Shown here piece after piece: positions 18,270 through 30,276 of a stretch of DNA of 58,423 bases (within the stretch, counting starts at the first letter, position 1; each line of letters begins with the position of its first letter). The notes below the pieces were generated by a model, which saw only the letters and a list, made by a program, of their open reading frames with translations, made no database searches and was not told where the DNA came from. Source of the DNA: Candidatus Micrarchaeota archaeon (GTDB taxonomy: Archaea; Micrarchaeota; Micrarchaeia; Norongarragalinales; SBBD01); assembly GCA_043806595.1 (NCBI GenBank), contig JAZDGU010000046.1:1-58423 (forward strand). Direction: 5' to 3'. The position numbers and the translations under genes were made by a program.

Positions 18270-19520
18270 TCAAAGCCAATACAAGGATTCCTCCAGCTCC
18301 TTCCTCTCGGCGGCGGAAAGCTCGTGCTCGCTACCGACGGTGCTGCAGTCCAGCACCGCCTTCGCGGCGACGCTCCTGAAGGGGAAAACCTTAGAGCCCC
18401 GGAGTTCGGCCGACCCGCCGATTGCGCACTTGAAGCCGACCGTGGTTGCACTAATCCTGGCATGCGGGCCGACCCTGCACCCGCCGTCGACGACGGAGTT
18501 TTCGATGGAAGCGTCGTCCCCGACGTTAACCCGTTCGAAAACCACGCTTCCGGAAACCACGGCTCCGCTGCCGATGGAGGTGTCATGGAGGACGGAGGCG
18601 TTGGGTCCGATTACGGCATTCCGGCCGACGGAACAGCCGTCGCCGATGAATACCGGCCCCCGGATTGACGCCGAGGCGTCGATTTCGACGTCCCTGCCCA
18701 TCACCACGCCCCTGCGTTTGGCCATGCCCGGTGCTAGCTTCGTACCCGAGCTGCCGCGCTCGAAAGAGAGCGCCGCGGCGTCGGTTTCAAGGTAGTTTTC
18801 GGCGTTGCCGATGTCCCCCCACGTGCCCTCGAAGACGTATCCGTAAAGCCTGAGGTCGGAGAGGTAGTGCTCCCAAAGGTCGCCGATGCGGTCCGCCTGC
18901 CTGCCGGTCTTCCTGCGGTGGCCGCAATACCGGGGGATGTGCTCGCAAAGGAAGTCGTCGGCCAGGTAGTAGGCGGCGGTGCTCGCGAGCATGCTTTTCG
19001 CGGAACCCACGGCGGGCTTCTCCTGGAACTCGCGGATCCTGTCCTCGCCGTCGGTCACCGCGATGCCGAAGTGCGAGGCGAGCGCGGGGTCGGCCAGCCG
19101 GAAGAGGGCGAGAGTCGCGTGCGCGCCCTTGCGCGAATGGAAGTCCCTGAGCTTCTTGAAGTCAAGCCCGTGGAAATAGTTGTCCGCTCCGATGACGAAG
19201 CACTGCTTCGGGCTTTCCATCTTCGAGAATACGTATTCGAGGGCTCCGACCGAGCCGAGCTTCCTGCCCTCGTCGACGCCGGGCTCGTAGAGGTAGGATA
19301 CGCGGCAGCCGAGACGCCTGCCGTCCCCGATGCTGTCCGCGATCTTAAGCTGGTTGGCCTTGAGGGATACCGTGATCTCGGTAACGCCCGATTTCGCGAG
19401 CGATTCGATGAGATGGAGGACCACGGGCCGTCCCGCAAGGGGAAGGAGCGGCTTGGGAGTCCGGAGGGTGATGGGATAGAGGCGGGTACCGTAGCCTCCG
19501 GCCAATACTATTGCCCGCAT
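18270..19520 (-). CDS. NDP-sugar synthase (sugar-phosphate nucleotidyltransferase with left-handed beta-helix)
   Basis: LAGGYGTRLYPIT..PKPLL, FQEKP, hexapeptide repeats. Confidence 0.93.
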   Translation of the reverse strand: MRAIVLAGGYGTRLYPITLRTPKPLLPLAGRPVVLHLIESLAKSGVTEITVSLKANQLKIADSIGDGRRLGCRVSYLYEPGVDEGRKLGSVGALEYVFSKMESPKQCFVIGADNYFHGLDFKKLRDFHSRKGAHATLALFRLADPALASHFGIAVTDGEDRIREFQEKPAVGSAKSMLASTAAYYLADDFLCEHIPRYCGHRRKTGRQADRIGDLWEHYLSDLRLYGYVFEGTWGDIGNAENYLETDAAALSFERGSSGTKLAPGMAKRRGVVMGRDVEIDASASIRGPVFIGDGCSVGRNAVIGPNASVLHDTSIGSGAVVSGSVVFERVNVGDDASIENSVVDGGCRVGPHARISATTVGFKCAIGGSAELRGSKVFPFRSVAAKAVLDCSTVGSEHELSAAERKELEESLYWL

Positions 19521-19529
19521 GGAACCACG

Positions 19530-20786
19530 TCAGGTGATGAGTTTGACAAGCCCGAAACCCATCAGGGTGCCGAACAGCTTGAAGATGTATGAGACTACGG
19601 AAAGCAGGGACATGATGATGAGCGCCACGAAATACTCGAAGTTGTCGTAGAACGTCCTGAAGAGCGGGATGCTGGCGAGGCGCTGCTTGAGGGAGGTGAC
19701 ATCGACATTCGAGGCATCCTGAGATGGGGCGTTCCTCACCTCGTCTGCAAGGGCCTTCTTGATCTGCGGCCACAGCGCCGCAACGCCAGCTGCGATGGCG
19801 TCCGAGTTCGAGCCCCCTCCCGTGGCCGGGGCGCCGACGGAGAATTTGGAATAGAACGCGTCGATGAACTCGTCCTTCTTCGCCTGCGGCAGGGCGGAAT
19901 ATTTCGTCATCTTGCCGTCGGCGTATGCCTTGTCCTCGGCCTTTATGAAGCCGGCGAGCATCTCGGTCCGGTAGGCCTCGTAGGCCTGCGCAACTGCCGC
20001 ACCCGCCTGTTCGCGCGTGACGAGCGGGACCGCCGCAACATCGCTTCCGCCGGCCGAAGCCTGGGTGCCGATGAGCAGCGCGACGCGGCTGGCGTTTATC
20101 TCGATGCCTTCGATGGCGTCGGCGACCGTGCCCTGCAGCTGGGACTGCACCGCAGGCGCGAGCCTGACGGTGTTGTTCAGGAAGTTGTCGAAGTATATGT
20201 CCTTCTCGCCCTGCACCTTAACAAGCGTGAACGCGGTTGAGAGCAGGACGAAGATGAACAGCGCCTTGCTGATGGAAGAATAGATGGCGGCGATGTTGAG
20301 CTTGTCCCGCATGGAGGCGAAGAACGCCGTGAGTCCGACCGGGAAGGCGATGGCCACGAACGCGAAGGAATATCGCGGGTACGCCATAAACGCAATGAGC
20401 AGGGGCACGATGAGGACGAGCATGGACACGAGCGCGGTCTGCGAGTCGAGCTTGAACCCGTACAGCACGGAGAGCGACAGCGCGAGCGAGAAGATGATAA
20501 TGAAGAGTATGAAGGAGAGGCTGTAAAGCTTCTCGAGGTTGTCGCTTATGCGCTGGAAGTTGAAGAGGTCGCCGATGGAGAAGTTTGCGCGCGCGAGCAT
20601 GAAGCATGCGAAAAGGAAGAGCACCGCTATCGCGATCAGGAAAGGCAGCTTCTGCTTGATGGCCTTGTCGATGTTGAGGCTCAGCGTTATCTTGACGGCG
20701 TTGTCGCGTGACGGCATCGAGGAAGGCGGGACCTGCTGCACCGGCTTCGCGTCAACCTTCCTTGTCGGCTTTCTGTCTTCTGCCAT
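19530..20786 (-). CDS. Hypothetical polytopic membrane protein with a large helical loop
   Basis: Several TM helices, host-like codon usage. Confidence 0.8.
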   Translation of the reverse strand: MAEDRKPTRKVDAKPVQQVPPSSMPSRDNAVKITLSLNIDKAIKQKLPFLIAIAVLFLFACFMLARANFSIGDLFNFQRISDNLEKLYSLSFILFIIIFSLALSLSVLYGFKLDSQTALVSMLVLIVPLLIAFMAYPRYSFAFVAIAFPVGLTAFFASMRDKLNIAAIYSSISKALFIFVLLSTAFTLVKVQGEKDIYFDNFLNNTVRLAPAVQSQLQGTVADAIEGIEINASRVALLIGTQASAGGSDVAAVPLVTREQAGAAVAQAYEAYRTEMLAGFIKAEDKAYADGKMTKYSALPQAKKDEFIDAFYSKFSVGAPATGGGSNSDAIAAGVAALWPQIKKALADEVRNAPSQDASNVDVTSLKQRLASIPLFRTFYDNFEYFVALIIMSLLSVVSYIFKLFGTLMGFGLVKLIT

Positions 20787-20870
20787 GAATGGAACCCCCT
20801 CTCAACAACCACGCCGGGGGTGTTTTTAAATGTTTTTTGCGTGCAACACGTGGAGTGGGAGATTGGGACA

Positions 20871-21689
20871 ATGGTTGACTTCGTGTTTTTTTCGGGACTC
20901 GTGGCCATACTGACTCTTGCCAGCCTCGCCGCGAAGCACGAGCTGCTCTCGGAAGGGGGCGTTGTCGCGGCGCTGGTCATCGGCCTTGCGATACTCTGGT
21001 TCGGGGGATGGGTCTGGTTCCTCCTGCTCGCGGCCTTCTTCGCCATAGCCAGCGTGGCGACGAAGTTCGGGGAGAAGGAAAAGGAGGGGCCGAACAAGGA
21101 GTTCGCCAAGGGCGGCGTCCGGGATTTCTGGCAGGTCGGTGCGAACGGGGCGCTCGGCGCGCTCGTTGCTGTCGTCTATCATTTCTTCCCGTACAACATC
21201 CTCTATTTCGCGTTCGTCGGCATCATCGCGACGGTGACCGCGGACACGATTGCCACGGAGCTCGGCCTGTTCAGCAGGAAGGCCTACCTCATAACCACGT
21301 TCAAGAAGGTCCGCAGGGGGCTGTCCGGCGCGGTATCCGCCCGCGGCACCACTCTCGCGGTGTTCTCGGCTTTCTTAATCGGATTGAGCGCGCTGGCGGT
21401 GAACACGTATTTCAAATTCTCCACGATTTCGCCCGAATACCTTGTCGCAATCGCGACGGTAGCGGGCACCGCGGGTGCGATGGCGGATTCATTGATGGGC
21501 GCGACGATCCAAGTCATATTCTACTGCAGGAAATGCAGGAAGGAGACCGAGCGCACGGTGCACAAGTGCGGGAGGAAGACCGTGTTCAAACGCGGCCTCC
21601 CGTGGGTGACCAACGACACCGTAAACCTGCTGAGTTCGATGATCGGCGGCGCCACCGGGGCGCTCCTCTACACCCTGCTGGCGGGCTAG
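20871..21689 (+). CDS. DUF92/TMEM19 family membrane protein
   Basis: RDFWQVGANG, ADTIATELG, SGAVS..G, DSLMGATIQ..CRKC..H.CG, NDTVN. Confidence 0.93.
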   Translation: MVDFVFFSGLVAILTLASLAAKHELLSEGGVVAALVIGLAILWFGGWVWFLLLAAFFAIASVATKFGEKEKEGPNKEFAKGGVRDFWQVGANGALGALVAVVYHFFPYNILYFAFVGIIATVTADTIATELGLFSRKAYLITTFKKVRRGLSGAVSARGTTLAVFSAFLIGLSALAVNTYFKFSTISPEYLVAIATVAGTAGAMADSLMGATIQVIFYCRKCRKETERTVHKCGRKTVFKRGLPWVTNDTVNLLSSMIGGATGALLYTLLAG

Positions 21690-22918
21690 CCCAGGCTTAA
21701 AAGAAGGCCCACCGCCGAAAGCACGATGCTCGCCACGCACAGCATCCAGAGTTCCGACTTCCGGCGCCAGCGCGGCTGGAGGCCTACCACGAGAAGCTTC
21801 CCGAGCGAGGAGCCGGTCAGCGCAAGGAATATGGCGGTGAGCGCCTCGCCAGCGGCCATGCGGCCGGTGGAGCTCATGAATGCGACGCTCGATATGACCG
21901 AGGCCGAGTTGAGCGCGCCGCCGGCGAGGAATGAGCCGTACACGAGCAGCTGCGAGCCTATTGACGAGAAATATCCGACGGCCATGCTTATGACGAACAG
22001 GATGAACGCGAACTCGAAGACGAATCCGAGGGATATCGGGCGGCGGAAGACCATCTCGACCTTCTTGAGGTCAACCTTCCTCGAAAAGTAGTACGTGAGG
22101 AGGGAAAAGCCGAGCAGCGGAAGCCCGAACAGCACGAGGGTGCGGTCGAAAAGCGCGGTGTTCAGGAAGGCCAGCAGCATGAAGTCCCTCAGGACCGAGC
22201 CAGCGGTGGAACTGGTAAAGCTGAGCCTGAGCGCCTCAAAACCCGTCGCACGGCCCTTGGCGAAGAGCATCACGGTGGCAAGCGAGGAGACCAGGCCGCC
22301 GAGGAATGACGCGTACAGGACGGCATTCCGGTGCACGAACCTGAGGATGATGTGGGAGATGAAGCTTATGAGGGAGACGACGACTACTGTCAGGAAGAAC
22401 GACTGGACGCTGAACACCTGCCCGAACAGGCGCAACGGCTCCGGCGGAATCAGCGGGTATATCACGAACGCGATGAGGGTGAATACCAGCCCGTCCAGAA
22501 TCTCCCTCTTGGAGACCAGCGCCACGAAATGGTGGAACTCGCGGCGCTCCAGCAGCACGTACGCGGACAGCACGGCGCACGCTATGGCCTCCAGCACGTA
22601 CCCGAGGCTCACCATCACCCCGAAGACGTAGGTCACGGGAAGCATTATGGCAGTGGTGAGGCCCAGCGCGTGCCGGAGGTGCGTTGCCCGGAAGTAGTAG
22701 AAGGCCAGCATGAGCGCGAACACGCCGACGAGTCCGACGAGCGACGCTATGTAGAAATAGCCCTCCGAGAGCTCGGTGAGCATCATCCCCAGCAGGGAAA
22801 CGAGCGCGAACGTCCTCAGGCCGATGAGCGTCTGGCGCTTGGTGTGCTCGCGCTCGAGGCCTATGACGCCGCCTATCACCGCCGCAATCACGAGTTTCTC
22901 AATGAAGCCGAAGGGCAT
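21686..22918 (-). CDS. MgtC/SapB plus DUF4010 membrane protein
   Basis: IGLERE..GLRTFALVSLLG, GLTTA, GGLVSSLAT. Confidence 0.9.
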   Translation of the reverse strand: MPFGFIEKLVIAAVIGGVIGLEREHTKRQTLIGLRTFALVSLLGMMLTELSEGYFYIASLVGLVGVFALMLAFYYFRATHLRHALGLTTAIMLPVTYVFGVMVSLGYVLEAIACAVLSAYVLLERREFHHFVALVSKREILDGLVFTLIAFVIYPLIPPEPLRLFGQVFSVQSFFLTVVVVSLISFISHIILRFVHRNAVLYASFLGGLVSSLATVMLFAKGRATGFEALRLSFTSSTAGSVLRDFMLLAFLNTALFDRTLVLFGLPLLGFSLLTYYFSRKVDLKKVEMVFRRPISLGFVFEFAFILFVISMAVGYFSSIGSQLLVYGSFLAGGALNSASVISSVAFMSSTGRMAAGEALTAIFLALTGSSLGKLLVVGLQPRWRRKSELWMLCVASIVLSAVGLLLSLG

Positions 22919-22997
22919 GACATCCCCCTTGAAGCCAATACTCCGCAGGCTTATAAAAACCGTTTGATTAAACACCAATGGCAGCAGGTAGGCGAAC

Positions 22998-24413
22998 ATG
23001 GCATTGCAGGTTTTCAACACCCTGGACGGGAAAAAGCGGCCTTTCCGTCCGCGGGACAAACGCAGGGTGGGCATGTACGTCTGCGGGATCACGCCCTACG
23101 ACGCGTCCCACCTCGGCCACGCCCGGTGCTACGTCACGTGGGACATGGTCAAGCGGTACCTGAAATTCAGGGGCTACGGCGTCTTCCACGTGCAGAACAT
23201 CACGGACGTAGACGACAAGATAATCAGGCGCGCCTCTGAGCTCCGCGAGAGCCCGGAGGCGCTGTCCGCGCGGTTCGCGAGGCAGTACTTCGAAGAGTTC
23301 GACCGGCTGAACGTCCAGCGCGCGGACGAATACCCCAAGGTGACCGAAAACATCGGGGAGGTCGTCGCCTTGATACGAAGGCTCGAGGAAAACGGCTTCG
23401 CCTACGAGAGCGGCGGCGACGTGTTCTACGAGGTGGGCAAGTTCAGGCGATACGGAATTCTGTCAGGACAGGACCTTGGCGAACTCATCAAGGGGAAAAG
23501 GGTCGAAGTCAACCGCAACAAGAGGCACCCCGCGGACTTCGCGCTCTGGAAGGCGGCCAAGCCCGGTGAGCCCGCTTGGGACTCCCCGTGGGGCAGGGGA
23601 AGGCCCGGCTGGCACATCGAATGCAGCGCGATGAGCATGAAATTCCTCGGCCAGCGCTTCGACCTGCACTGCGGCGGCCAGGACCTCGTGTTCCCGCACC
23701 ACGAGAATGAGATTGCGCAGTCCGAGGCCGCCAGCGGGAAAAAGCCGTTCGCGCGGTATTGGATGCACAACGGGTTCATCACCGTGGGGAAGGAGAAGAT
23801 GGCCAAGTCCCTCGGCAACTTCCTGACCGTGGCGCAGGCGCTGGAAAAATTCGAGCCCGACGCCATCCGCTTCTTCATGCTATCGACGCACTACCGGCAG
23901 CCCATCGACTTCTCGGACGCTGCGCTACGGCAGGCATCCGAGGCGATACGGGGGCTCGAGGACGCAACCGGCCGGCTTGTCCAAGCCTGCGGGAAGGAAG
24001 ATGGGGTGGGCGCTGCGGATGCCGAGACAAGGGCGCTTGAGAAGAAGTTCACCGCGGCCATGGACGACGACTTCAACACCCCGGCGGCGCTCGCGGTCCT
24101 CTTCGAAATCCGGGGGCTGGCGTTCCGGAGCCTCGAAACCCGCGGGAAAGGCGGCGGCGAAGGTGAATTGAAGCGTGCCTGCGGGGCGCTAGCCCTGCTT
24201 CGGCGACTGCTCGGCGTGCTCGGATTCAAGGGCGGGGAGGAGAAGGATTTGCCGATGGATGTCGGCGGGATTGAAGCCCTGATACTGGAGAGGGACGCGG
24301 CGAGAAAGGCGCGGGATTTCGCGCGCGCCGACGCGATACGCAAGGAACTCGCCTCCAAGAAAATCATTCTCGAGGACCGCAGGGACGGCACCACGGGCTG
24401 GAGAATAGCATGA
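22998..24413 (+). CDS. cysS: Cysteine--tRNA ligase
   Basis: YVCGITPYD..HLGH, GRPGWHIECSAM, KMAKSLGN. Confidence 0.98.
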   Translation: MALQVFNTLDGKKRPFRPRDKRRVGMYVCGITPYDASHLGHARCYVTWDMVKRYLKFRGYGVFHVQNITDVDDKIIRRASELRESPEALSARFARQYFEEFDRLNVQRADEYPKVTENIGEVVALIRRLEENGFAYESGGDVFYEVGKFRRYGILSGQDLGELIKGKRVEVNRNKRHPADFALWKAAKPGEPAWDSPWGRGRPGWHIECSAMSMKFLGQRFDLHCGGQDLVFPHHENEIAQSEAASGKKPFARYWMHNGFITVGKEKMAKSLGNFLTVAQALEKFEPDAIRFFMLSTHYRQPIDFSDAALRQASEAIRGLEDATGRLVQACGKEDGVGAADAETRALEKKFTAAMDDDFNTPAALAVLFEIRGLAFRSLETRGKGGGEGELKRACGALALLRRLLGVLGFKGGEEKDLPMDVGGIEALILERDAARKARDFARADAIRKELASKKIILEDRRDGTTGWRIA

Positions 24414-25513
24414 CCAAGCAGCGCATCAGGAGGATTTTCGGCAAGGCCGGGCTGGCGGGCATTACGCCGGACTCCATCCTTTTCGCCAACTCTGCCGGCG
24501 AGGAGCAGAATTTCTTCTATTCCACGGGAATCGGCGGCGGCGTCTTCGAGGCCAGCTACTGCGCCGTGTTCCCCGACGGCGGCGGCACGGCAATCGTGCC
24601 CGCGTTGGAGCGAGCAATCGCAGAAAGGGAATTGCCACCGAACATCAACCTCGAGTGTTACTCAGACAACAGCGGATTCGAGGCTGCGCTGAAAAAGGCG
24701 CTCGCAGGGAAGAAATCGATAGGACTGAACTTCGACTACCTTAAAATGGGTGCCTACAGGAGAATCACCGGACTGCTCGGACCGAGAAAATTCGCCGACG
24801 TCTCTGAAGCTGTCCGGGCGGCGAGGCTGGTGAAGGAGCCTGCGGAAATTTCGCTCATAAGGGAAGCCTGCAGGATTTCAGAGGAGGCGCTTTCGGCGGT
24901 ACTGGAAGGCCGCGGAGTGCGAAAGGGGACGACCGAAACGCAGCTCGCGGCAAGGCTGGACTACGAGATGTCCTCGCGCGGCGGCCAGCCGGCCTTCCAC
25001 ACCATAGTGGCATTCGGCGCGAATTCGGCTGAACCCCACCACACCCCGGGAAACCGGCGGCTCAAGGCCGGCGACATCGTGCTGGCCGACTTCGGCGCGC
25101 GCCGGAAAAGATATTGTTCGGACACCACGCGCGTAATGTCGTGCGGCAGGCCCGGCGCGCGGATAAGGGAGATGCACGAGGCGGTGCTCGAAGCCCGACG
25201 CAGGGCGCTTGGCGCTGCCACGCCGGGAGGGGACGCCGCCGCGGTGCATGACGCCGCACGCGATGCGATAGACGCCCGCGGGTTCACGGGGAAATTCATC
25301 CACTCCACCGGCCACGCGCTCGGCCTCGAGGTCCACGACGGCCCCGGATTCTCGTCGCACCACTTCAGGCTGGAGAAGGGCATGGTTTTCACGGTCGAGC
25401 CGGGGATATACGTCAGGGGAACCGGCGGCATCCGCATCGAGGACGACATCGTGATCGGCGGCCCGAAACCGAGGATTCTGACGCGTTTTCCGCGCGAAAT
25501 AATCGAAATATGA
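24410..25513 (+). CDS. Xaa-Pro peptidase (M24B)
   Basis: PHH, DFGA..YCSDTTR, HSTGHALGLEVHDGP, TVEPGIY, RIEDD. Confidence 0.95.
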   Translation: MTKQRIRRIFGKAGLAGITPDSILFANSAGEEQNFFYSTGIGGGVFEASYCAVFPDGGGTAIVPALERAIAERELPPNINLECYSDNSGFEAALKKALAGKKSIGLNFDYLKMGAYRRITGLLGPRKFADVSEAVRAARLVKEPAEISLIREACRISEEALSAVLEGRGVRKGTTETQLAARLDYEMSSRGGQPAFHTIVAFGANSAEPHHTPGNRRLKAGDIVLADFGARRKRYCSDTTRVMSCGRPGARIREMHEAVLEARRRALGAATPGGDAAAVHDAARDAIDARGFTGKFIHSTGHALGLEVHDGPGFSSHHFRLEKGMVFTVEPGIYVRGTGGIRIEDDIVIGGPKPRILTRFPREIIEI

Positions 25514-25548
25514 CGAGGAAGAGACCGAGAATTTTGGGTGATGATGGA

Positions 25549-26085
25549 ATGGCCAACGGGAAAAAACGGGTCCGCCGCACTGGCGCCGACCGGTTCGAGG
25601 GGGAATTCTTCCGCATCCAGGGGGAGATGGAGAGGATGGTCGAGGACGTCTTCTCGCTTCACGACAGGAAGCACCCGATAATCAGGAGCCAGCGGCCCTT
25701 CGTCTACGGCTTCTCGGTCAAAATCGCGGAGGGCAGGCCCGAAATCCGCGAGTTCGGAAACATCCCGCCGTTCAAGCCGGAGAAGGTGCCCGGCGGCCAG
25801 GAATTCCACGTTTCCCGCGAGCCGCTCATCGACGTCATAGAATCAAGGCACGCCATAACGGTAATTGCCGAGCTTCCGGGAGTCGGGAAGGACGACATCC
25901 GCATCGACGCCGAAGAGAAGGCGCTCGTGGTCAAGGCCAAGCTCAGGCACTGGAACTACAACCGGGAAATCCAACTGCCGTGCGCCGTGGACCCCTCGAG
26001 CGCGAAACTCCACTTCAAGAACGGCGTCCTCGAGGTGCGTCTCAACCGGGTAAGCGAGGCCCGCGCGCTCAACGGTAAAAGTTGA
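25549..26085 (+). CDS. hsp20: Small heat shock protein (archaeal Hsp20)
   Basis: PFVYGFSV..PEIREFGN, REPLIDV, AELPGV, FKNGVLEV. Confidence 0.95.
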   Translation: MANGKKRVRRTGADRFEGEFFRIQGEMERMVEDVFSLHDRKHPIIRSQRPFVYGFSVKIAEGRPEIREFGNIPPFKPEKVPGGQEFHVSREPLIDVIESRHAITVIAELPGVGKDDIRIDAEEKALVVKAKLRHWNYNREIQLPCAVDPSSAKLHFKNGVLEVRLNRVSEARALNGKS

Positions 26086-26115
26086 CCCGGGGGGACCGGC
26101 TTCAAGGCGAAAGAA

Positions 26116-26588
26116 ATGCAAAATCTGCATAAAAAAAGGGAGCAGCTGACCCCGGACGGGTATGCGGTCAAGGTGATCAAGCATCCGTCGATGCGTTTCT
26201 TCGGCATCCTACGCGGCCTGCCGGAGAGCTTCGAGCATCGCAATACGCGCGGAGAAATATACTTCGTCGGCGCGGTTAACGCGGAAGAGAGACAGGCGTA
26301 CATCTGCCTCGGCCACACGTGGCATCCAAACCTCATGAAACAATTGGTCATGAACGGCATACCTCGAAAAACAGCGACCGAATGGGAAACAAAGAGGGCG
26401 ATGCCCGGAAATCAATGGAGTTTCTTCAATGGTAGGTACGAGAGGCGAAGAGGCGAATTCGCGGCCGAAGACCAGTTCCGGGAGGAGCCGGGCTACATGA
26501 TGGGTTCCCGGGAATGGAAAATACTGAGGGTAGCGGTGAGGAAAATCCACGGGAAAAAAGCATCGGATACGCTGGTTGACCGGGATTC

Positions 26589-26592
<4 letters not shown>
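26116..26592 (+). CDS. Orphan hypothetical protein
   Basis: 158-aa ORF filling the gap between hsp20 and metG; more A-rich codons. Confidence 0.6.
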
Positions 26593-28313
<1,721 letters not shown>

Positions 28314-28402
28314 ATGCGATCAGCGAACCAGTAAGATTATGAAGCTTTTTATATGGGCGGTAGGGCATAATAGGGTCATCCGTTTAACGGGGGGATATTT
28401 GC

Positions 28403-29497
28403 ATGAAAAAAACAGCGTTCGTGTTCACGATGATGGCCGTCTTCGGGCTGGCAGCGGCGGCGCCAGTGCTTGTAGAGGAATACGGCGACTACGAGTGCCC
28501 CTACTGCGCGCACTGGTTCAAGGAAACGTACCCCGTGCTCAAGGAGCGCTATTTCGACATCGGCTTCGCCGAATTCTCGTTCAAGAACTTCCCGCTGCAA
28601 TTCCACGAGCACGCGCAGAAGGCCGCGGAGGCCGCCGAATGCGCGAGGGACCAGGGCAGGTTCATGGAATACCACGCGAAACTCTACAACAACCAGCAAG
28701 CCCTAACCGTGGCAGATCTCAAGGCGTATGCGAATGACGTCGGCCTCAACACGGCAGTATTCGACAGCTGCCTCGACAGGAGGTCGAAGGCCTCCCTCGT
28801 CCGGCTTCAGGCTGCCGAGGCGGCATCCCGCGACGTGCGTGGCACGCCCGCCTTCTTCATCGGGGGCCAGAAAATAAGCGGCTCGCAGCCGGACATCGTG
28901 TTCATCAATGCTATCGAGAAGGCGTTGGGCAACCAGACCTACCCGACTCCCACCCCCGTTTCCACGCCGGCACCAACGCCGACGCCGTACGTGACTCCCA
29001 TTCCCACCCCCTTCCCCGTCGAACAATTCACGCTACGGTTCTCGAACGGCTGGAACCTGTTCTCAGTGCCTTTGGGCAAGGCAAGGGTAATCCGAACGGA
29101 CTGCAGGAACGGAAAAATTTACGGGTATGACGAACGGCTGGGGAGCTACTCGGCATATTCGACGATGGAGACCGGTAGCTACCTTGCAAACCGGGAAGGC
29201 TTCTGGTTTAAGGCCACGGGTGCGTGCCTTGCCATCGTGGAGGGAACCGGGCGGACCAGCCTCGAGGGAACCGCTCTGTACGCGGGGTGGAACCTCGTCG
29301 GCGGATCTTATCCCGCGGAAGGCGCCGGCGCGCTGCTTTCAGGCTGCGCGGTCGAGCGCGGGCCCCTCGCCTACGATACGGTGCAGAGGCAGTGGGTCAA
29401 GGCCGGCCAATTCGAGCCCGGGCGGGGATTCTTCGTAAAAACCGCAAGGCAGTGCACGATGGGTGCGGACGACTCCGCGCCTCCGTTCCCGAACTGA
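28403..29497 (+). CDS. Secreted DsbA-like thioredoxin fused via a Pro/Thr linker to a GWNL-repeat beta domain
   Basis: Signal peptide, DYECPYC, GTPAF, PTPTP linker, two GWNL motifs. Confidence 0.88.
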   Translation: MKKTAFVFTMMAVFGLAAAAPVLVEEYGDYECPYCAHWFKETYPVLKERYFDIGFAEFSFKNFPLQFHEHAQKAAEAAECARDQGRFMEYHAKLYNNQQALTVADLKAYANDVGLNTAVFDSCLDRRSKASLVRLQAAEAASRDVRGTPAFFIGGQKISGSQPDIVFINAIEKALGNQTYPTPTPVSTPAPTPTPYVTPIPTPFPVEQFTLRFSNGWNLFSVPLGKARVIRTDCRNGKIYGYDERLGSYSAYSTMETGSYLANREGFWFKATGACLAIVEGTGRTSLEGTALYAGWNLVGGSYPAEGAGALLSGCAVERGPLAYDTVQRQWVKAGQFEPGRGFFVKTARQCTMGADDSAPPFPN

Positions 29498-29588
29498 GCC
29501 CAGGAAGACGTCGGCTTGGGGAAGGACTTGCCGCGGCGCAAGAACATGCCTCCCGGCCAAGGCGAGGAGCCCTTTCCCAGTTATCTAG

Positions 29589-29639
29589 GTTGAAAAGCCA
29601 ACTTTAAAGTTGGAAAACCAACATTTATATAGGATGTTG
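29589..29639 (+). promoter_or_regulatory. Operator array plus TATA box of the wHTH-MNT/HEPN operon
   Basis: GTTG-N6-CAAC at 29589 and 29609 (20-bp spacing), TTTATATA at about 29624, extra GTTG at 29636. Confidence 0.7.
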
Positions 29640-29652
29640 CCAATATTATTCC

Positions 29653-30276
29653 ATGCTTGAACCGAAATACCGGGTTCTAACACCATTTTTGTTTAACCCT
29701 TCGGCGGAAAAGTACGCAAAGGAGATAGAGGACGACGCTGAAGTAAACCACGAGAGAGCGCTGCACTACCTCGGCCTACTGTCAAAAGAGAGGATACTGC
29801 GCAGGCAAACCAAGGGAAAACAGGTTTTTTTCTCAATAAACAATGAAAATGAATCAGCCGTAAAATTGCTTTCCTTGCTGGAGTTCGAACGGAAAGCGGA
29901 CTTCCTCCGAGCTACCCCCTACGGCCCAATGGTTCACAGACTGATTCAAACACTCAAAGCGGCCTCCAACGGCACGATAGCATTCGCGTTGCTTTACGGA
30001 AGCGCCGCCAGGAAACAAGCAACGCCTTCCAGCGATGTCGACCTCCTCATCGTTACCAACAAAGACGGAAAAGCGAACGAAAGACTGCAAGCAAAGGTCA
30101 AACTGCTTGAACGGGAATTCAACTATGCTATATCGCCGTCCGTGATTAGCCTTTCGGAGCTTTCCCGCAACTGGCACAAGCAGCCTATCTATAAAAGCGT
30201 CTGGAACGACCGGGTGGTATTGCTAGGGGAAGAACGTTTTTGGGAGTTCGTTTTATCGGAAGGTGAGCCAAAATGA
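29653..30276 (+). CDS. wHTH-fused minimal nucleotidyltransferase (antitoxin/regulator)
   Basis: N-terminal winged helix, LYGSAARKQATPSSDVDLLIV. Confidence 0.9.
   Translation: MLEPKYRVLTPFLFNPSAEKYAKEIEDDAEVNHERALHYLGLLSKERILRRQTKGKQVFFSINNENESAVKLLSLLEFERKADFLRATPYGPMVHRLIQTLKAASNGTIAFALLYGSAARKQATPSSDVDLLIVTNKDGKANERLQAKVKLLEREFNYAISPSVISLSELSRNWHKQPIYKSVWNDRVVLLGEERFWEFVLSEGEPK

Noticed and set aside
29498-29593. TGA readthrough extension of the DsbA fusion
   Set aside because: Short open frame with no recognisable domain or SECIS-like signal
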